The notes under the pieces were generated by a model. The model was not told where the DNA came from. It made no database searches and was given only the letters and a program-made list of their open reading frames with translations. Shown here in pieces: positions 59,881 through 64,000 of a stretch of DNA of 64,000 nt. The stretch comes from Rhodoblastus sp. (lineage in GTDB: Bacteria; Pseudomonadota; Alphaproteobacteria; Rhizobiales; Beijerinckiaceae), in NCBI GenBank assembly GCA_020442275.1, contig JAGRKN010000015.1:11369-75368 (forward strand), read 5' to 3'. How positions within the stretch are numbered: position 1 is the stretch's first letter; each line of letters opens with the position of its first letter. The translations under genes were made by a program, and so were the position numbers.

Positions 59881-59936
59881 GGGGCAAGCCTTTAGGGGTT
59901 GGCGACAGGAAGAAAAGCAAACTGGGTGGAAGGCTG

Positions 59937-59964
59937 AAAATGGAATGCGGCCGGAAGGCCGCAT
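59937..59964 (-). terminator. Weak terminator or hairpin after virD4
   Basis: Perfect 8-bp stem ATGCGGCC (59945-52) with GGCCGCAT (59957-64), GGAA loop. On the minus strand it is followed by UCCAUUUU. Confidence 0.4.
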
Positions 59965-59972
59965 TTATGGGG

Positions 59973-62900
59973 TCATGCATCTTCGAATTCGACCGCGGGC
60001 TCCTCGGTGACGATCTCGTAGGCCTGCTGGGGCGTTGGGTCGTGAACCGCGTCAGCGGCAGTGGCTTGGGCTCGTCGAGCCTCGGTTTGGGAAATATTGA
60101 ATTTGATTTCGTCGACTCGGCCCATGCGCTGGTGATCCGGGATGGTCTGACGCGCGACAGGGCCCTTGCCGCGCGAGCGCACGAGCGGTGCGATGAGCGG
60201 ATCGTTGAAGAAGAATGGCGCAAGCAGCTTCATCGGGCGGTTGAGGAAGCCCTGCACGAGCACGATGACCTGACCGGGCGGCAGCGCGGCGATGTCTTCG
60301 TGGCGGAGCATCTTCACTGCTTCGAGGTTTTCGGAGGAGCTCCACGCGAGCGGATTGGCGGCCTTCGAGAAGCCTTCTTGCGTCGATTTGGAATGACGCA
60401 TGATGGTCGTTTCGCCGACCATTTCGATGATTTGCTTCGTGGTGTCTGCATTGTTCTGCTGCAGAATGATCTTCACAGCCGTCGTGCTGTTGATCACGCT
60501 GACGTCGGCCTTCGAGTAGATGAGTTCGAGCTGCCCGTAGTCCTGCGCGTAAAAGGCGTAGGAGGTCTGCTTCGACCGGCCGAGGTCGGGGCCTCTGAGA
60601 ACCGATTCCGACTTTGGGAGCTTGGCGAACTCGTCGAGGACGAAGAGAACAGGGAAGGGACCGAGAATGCGGTCGGTCTTCTCGTTGTGTTCGTAAGGGC
60701 CGAACGAAATCAGAGAGTTCGAGAGGACTTCGTAGAGCAGCGCTGTGATGGTGGCGAATGCCGCCGCCTCGGCCTGGTTGACGCAGACGTAGAGCGTCAG
60801 CGGCAACCAGCTGTTGGGCTCGTAGAAAAGGCGCTCGAATTCTTCGGACGCCCATTTGAAATGCTCGAGGCCCTTGTCGTCGACGTAGCGCGTGCGTCCG
60901 GGATTGAGATAGTTCTGGTCGTTCGGGGGCAGGCGCGTGCGCGCGAGGATTTCCTGCTTGAGGACGCCACGCATGTCGTCGGGGGTGAAATCGGTTGCCG
61001 ACGTGCGCTGCTTGACGGCCTCGTTCTTGAAGGGCAGGAGCGCTTGGTCCATCGTGCCGAGCACGCCGGACCGTTCCTTGTCCGCCATGTTGACGAGGGA
61101 CGAAAGTTCGAGGAAGGCGCGCGGCGAGGCGAGCCTCTTGTTGTCTTCGCCGGGCTTGATGATTTCGCAGAGCTTGCGAATCCAGTCGCCGAGCCGGTCG
61201 GTCGAGGGCGGTGGTCCGCCGTAGGACTCCTGCTCTTGCTCGACGGGTTTAGTGTTTTCGAGCTGGGCGTAGGCGATCCAGTCCGACAGCATCGGCAGCG
61301 ACGGCTCTTTGCCGCGCCAGTCTTCGGGCAGTTCTTCCTGGAACTTCGTGTTGTCGGCGTTGTCGCCGAAGACGGTGATGAGGTAGTGGCAGAAGCCCGT
61401 AAAGGCGGCGCGGCCCTTATTGACGAAGTACGTGTCGCCGCCGCCCTTCGGGTCGGGGATCATCACCTTGGCGATCGAGTCGATGTAGGTGTCGCGATTG
61501 GGGCCCCGCGGAGGGACGAGGAGCGGCGACAGGAAGTTGAAGCGTGGATAAAATACAGAGCGCTCCGGATTTTGCTCATCGATAGTATCGACTTTTGACC
61601 AGTCAAGCATATATACAGATGAAACGGTCTCGCGGTGCGCGCCCGTGGCTGCTCTGATTTCAGGCTTGGGATCGTTGACTATAAGTGAGACGCGATCAGC
61701 AGTAATAATTGTCGGAATAACAAAAGCAGCGGTATTATGTGTTACCGTAAAATCATCGAGCAAGTACTGATGATCGCCGTCTATTATGATGCCGAAATAT
61801 GGGCCGTCGCCGATCGGCTCGATTTCGAAGCCGACGTTGGTGACGTCTTTATTGATCCGTCGCGACTCTGCGTGACGGCGGAAGAGTTTGACAGGTATGC
61901 GGTCGACGTCGCCGCTGATGAAAAGGCGCCAGTAGACCGTGTTCTTGATGATACGAGGGGTTGGGTAGGCGGCAAGGCCAAGGGACCGCGCGACGAACGC
62001 GATGTCATTGGCGAGCGTTTCGGAGGCCGTGCAGAAGTCGTATCCGCGACCTGCGGGGTCGTATGAGCCATCGGTGTCGATCAGGCCAGCCAAGAGGGCT
62101 AGGCGGTCATCGGCGCTGGCGGTCTTGTAATCATGCGGGATGAACTTTTGGCAGCAGGGCACGTCGAGGCCGTAATCGCGTAGCTCGGCTAGCAGACTGT
62201 TGGCGCGCCAACGCTCTCCGGGGGTCGCGTTGCCTGCGGTGACGAAATACGAGCCGGAGCGATTGCCTTCTTGATGTTCTTCGCGGATCTGGAGGCCGCG
62301 CGCCTCGGCCTCGGCGTAGATTTCGGCGACAAGTTCGTTGTCCGCGGTATGCAGACCGGCTTTTTTGTTAGTCGTTCCGTCGCCGAGCAGTAGGCCAAGG
62401 CGATAAGGATCGATCTTGAGGCAAGCGTTCGACTGGAAGTCGACGGCAGCGCGCCATTGCTTGTAGAGCGACTTCTGGGTTGGCGACCACGCGAGGTAGT
62501 CCTCGACGGAGGTGAATTTGATGTGACCGCGAAGTGGATTGCGAGCGCGTCGGCGCGGCTCTTTGGAATTGCGCAGCGAAAGGATGTGATAGCCGTTGCA
62601 AATCCAGGAGCGGCCCTTGTTGGGCGTTACGCGATAGAGGGGGCCGTAGCCAGTGCTGGTCGAGAGGATGCGGCGCGGCTTGCTGTCGGGGCCCATCAGA
62701 AGGTCGCCGACAACGAGAGCGCCGGTGCGCTTGGTCGTGCCGTCGAACATCAGGACGGGTTCGTCCGGATGGAGGCATTTTCCTGTGCCTGGTGGCGCGA
62801 GACACAAAGAAGAAAGCGTCTCGATCATCTGTACCATCTGGCCTTTACGCTCGCGACCCTGCCAGCGGCCAAGTGTCATCAAGCGTCCGCCAGCAATTCC

Positions 62901-63359
62901 GACTTGCTTTCTGGCCTCCATTTGCTTGAGCGCGTCGTCATCGCACCAGTCGGCATAGCCGGCCTTCAGGATGATCTTCTTGTGCTTGTTGAAGAACTGC
63001 GGCGTAAAACCGAGAAATGAGCCGAAAAGCAACCAACCCATCAGCTTGGTTATCGGCGTGACGTCGAAATTTCCATTCGCGAAGCCGGCGAAATAGCCGG
63101 ACGCGATGAACATGTCGTGGAAATTGAGCGTGACGACGTCCGTGTTGTAGCGGACGAGCAGAGCCCAGGCGCTCGACAGCGAGAAGCGGTGCGTGACGAT
63201 GCGATGGAAGAGCGCTTCGTTGAGCGGGGCGTACAGCGGAAAAAGAATGGCGAGGAGGAGCGCGAGCGACAGCGACAGGTACAGGATCCGGTAGTGCCGG
63301 TCCCGTTCCTCCGTCATATGGCTGGGCAGCGTCTCTCGCGAGAAGGCATTGAACGTCAT
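59973..63359 (-). CDS. virD4: Type IV coupling protein (VirD4/TraG family) interrupted in-frame by an intein
   Basis: Two N-terminal TM helices. The Walker A is split: LAPPGTGK | intein | TAAFVIPTII. Then SLIVNDPKPE, Walker B VLFVLDEFAKL, and AQDYGQLELIYSKADVSVINSTTAVKIILQQNNADTTKQIIEMVGETT. Confidence 0.9.
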   Translation of the reverse strand: MTFNAFSRETLPSHMTEERDRHYRILYLSLSLALLLAILFPLYAPLNEALFHRIVTHRFSLSSAWALLVRYNTDVVTLNFHDMFIASGYFAGFANGNFDVTPITKLMGWLLFGSFLGFTPQFFNKHKKIILKAGYADWCDDDALKQMEARKQVGIAGGRLMTLGRWQGRERKGQMVQMIETLSSLCLAPPGTGKCLHPDEPVLMFDGTTKRTGALVVGDLLMGPDSKPRRILSTSTGYGPLYRVTPNKGRSWICNGYHILSLRNSKEPRRRARNPLRGHIKFTSVEDYLAWSPTQKSLYKQWRAAVDFQSNACLKIDPYRLGLLLGDGTTNKKAGLHTADNELVAEIYAEAEARGLQIREEHQEGNRSGSYFVTAGNATPGERWRANSLLAELRDYGLDVPCCQKFIPHDYKTASADDRLALLAGLIDTDGSYDPAGRGYDFCTASETLANDIAFVARSLGLAAYPTPRIIKNTVYWRLFISGDVDRIPVKLFRRHAESRRINKDVTNVGFEIEPIGDGPYFGIIIDGDHQYLLDDFTVTHNTAAFVIPTIITADRVSLIVNDPKPEIRAATGAHRETVSSVYMLDWSKVDTIDEQNPERSVFYPRFNFLSPLLVPPRGPNRDTYIDSIAKVMIPDPKGGGDTYFVNKGRAAFTGFCHYLITVFGDNADNTKFQEELPEDWRGKEPSLPMLSDWIAYAQLENTKPVEQEQESYGGPPPSTDRLGDWIRKLCEIIKPGEDNKRLASPRAFLELSSLVNMADKERSGVLGTMDQALLPFKNEAVKQRTSATDFTPDDMRGVLKQEILARTRLPPNDQNYLNPGRTRYVDDKGLEHFKWASEEFERLFYEPNSWLPLTLYVCVNQAEAAAFATITALLYEVLSNSLISFGPYEHNEKTDRILGPFPVLFVLDEFAKLPKSESVLRGPDLGRSKQTSYAFYAQDYGQLELIYSKADVSVINSTTAVKIILQQNNADTTKQIIEMVGETTIMRHSKSTQEGFSKAANPLAWSSSENLEAVKMLRHEDIAALPPGQVIVLVQGFLNRPMKLLAPFFFNDPLIAPLVRSRGKGPVARQTIPDHQRMGRVDEIKFNISQTEARRAQATAADAVHDPTPQQAYEIVTEEPAVEFEDA
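61734..62777 (-). mobile_element. Class-1 intein (348 aa) with LAGLIDADG homing-endonuclease domain, inserted in the T4CP P-loop
   Basis: Residues 195-542 of the ORF. It starts CLHPDEPVLMFDG (Cys1). Block B-like ICNGYHIL. LAGLIDADG motifs LGLLLGDGTT and LLAGLIDTDGS. C-terminal YFGIIIDGDHQYLLDDFTVTHN is followed by Thr (+1). Confidence 0.85.
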
Positions 63360-63379
63360 GGGCGCCCTGCGTTTTTCCG

Positions 63380-64000
63380 TCAGAGGATTTCAGAGATGTA
63401 GCGGCCGCGGTCGTCCCGCTTGACCTGGATGACGCGAAGTTTCGCGAGCATCTGGGCGCGCAGCGCCTCGGGATCGACGTGCGAATTGATGCCGGCGTGG
63501 GCGTTGGCCATCTCGATGAGGCGGATGAAGGTGCCGATGGCCTCGTCGCCGCTTTCGGCGTGCACGGTGGTCATGAACGAGCCGTGGCCGCTGTTCATGA
63601 GATCCCAGACGATCGCGGCGTTTTGCGTGGAAAGCTCGCCGGCGAGCACGACGTCGGGCGTCATGCGCGTGATCATCTGGCGGACACCGGGGTAATCGAG
63701 CGCGTTACCTTGGTCCGTGCGGCTGAGAACGATGTGCACGCGGTTCGGGGCAGGAACGATCAGCTCGCGTGTGTCTTCCACTGTGACGAAGCGCTTGTGA
63801 TGGCTGATCGATTTGATCAGACGATTGATGAGCGTCGTCTTGCCGCTGCCGGTCGATCCGGAAACGAGGATGTGGTCGCCGCGCGTCAGCGAATTGGCGA
63901 CGCGCGCATAGGCGTCGTTCGGATCGGTTTCCTTCGTGAAAAGGCTCTGTAGCGGCGAGCGTAGCGCGACGCCGCGCTTGACGTCGTAGTCGGAGAGTTC
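63380..64000 (-). CDS. virB11: VirB11/TrbB-family T4SS ATPase, 5' end beyond the window
   Basis: The frame is open to base 64000; the listed ORF starts at an internal GTG 63781. My translation of 63782-64000 gives ...LTRGDHILVSGSTGSGKTTLINRLI..RFVTVEDTRELIV. Downstream are RMTPDVVLAGELS and NSGHGSFMTTVHA. Confidence 0.85.
   Translation of the reverse strand, partial: ELSDYDVKRGVALRSPLQSLFTKETDPNDAYARVANSLTRGDHILVSGSTGSGKTTLINRLIKSISHHKRFVTVEDTRELIVPAPNRVHIVLSRTDQGNALDYPGVRQMITRMTPDVVLAGELSTQNAAIVWDLMNSGHGSFMTTVHAESGDEAIGTFIRLIEMANAHAGINSHVDPEALRAQMLAKLRVIQVKRDDRGRYISEIL

Noticed and set aside
1-64000. Search for tRNA, rRNA, CRISPR, IS/transposase, integrase, relaxase, Rep initiator, clamp loader, and phage structural or lysis genes.
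   Set aside because: No spacer is long enough or shows tRNA-like structure. No ORF shows the corresponding catalytic motifs (DDE, tyrosine or serine recombinase, HUH relaxase, terminase, capsid). Element type and boundaries therefore cannot be fixed from this window.

Overview
GC-rich, alphaproteobacterium-like DNA (GC judged by eye, not computed). All function calls come from motif reading of the supplied ORF translations. No BLAST or HMM search was run.

Coding density is very high. From about 15.3 kb to the right edge, nearly everything lies on the minus strand in tightly packed units. Many neighbouring genes share ATGA or TAATG stop/start overlaps.

**Main interpretation.** Most of the window looks like a large conjugative mobile element carrying a phage-like DNA metabolism set.
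- T4SS genes: VirB11 (cut by the window edge), a VirD4/TraG coupling protein, a VirB6/TrbL-like protein and a VirB1-like transglycosylase.
- Replication: dnaQ-dnaE, with dnaN and nrdJ further left; SSB; a Zn-finger/Toprim primase-like protein; topoisomerase III.
- Recombination and repair: Rad52-like annealase plus YqaJ exonuclease, DUF1064, and a uracil-DNA glycosylase.
- Accessory genes: a CobS/CobT-like AAA+/VWA pair, a ParB-nuclease protein, a strawberry-notch helicase, a RecD-like helicase, an SF2 helicase and three UvrD-like helicases.
- Not seen in the window: integrase, relaxase, Rep initiator, clamp loader, capsid/terminase, tRNA, rRNA, CRISPR or IS.

**Most striking single observation.** A full-length LAGLIDADG intein (348 aa) sits between the K and T of the Walker A motif of the VirD4/TraG coupling protein.

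**Other notable points.**
- A translationally coupled dnaQ-dnaE-orf109 cassette with a degenerate PHP domain.
- An HExxH motif and a roughly 220-aa disordered linker in the CobT-like protein.
- A 1301-aa polyvalent-type protein.
- An SD-sequestering hairpin in front of ssb.
- Recurring AT-rich control regions with TAAAAT -10-like boxes and ACGGA/TCCGT half-sites.

The left roughly 12-15 kb (PH-domain protein, UvrD-like, dnaN, GT2-GtrA, gapR, SDR, DUF2269, nrdJ, secreted-protein operon) could be either host backbone or part of the element. No boundary is visible.
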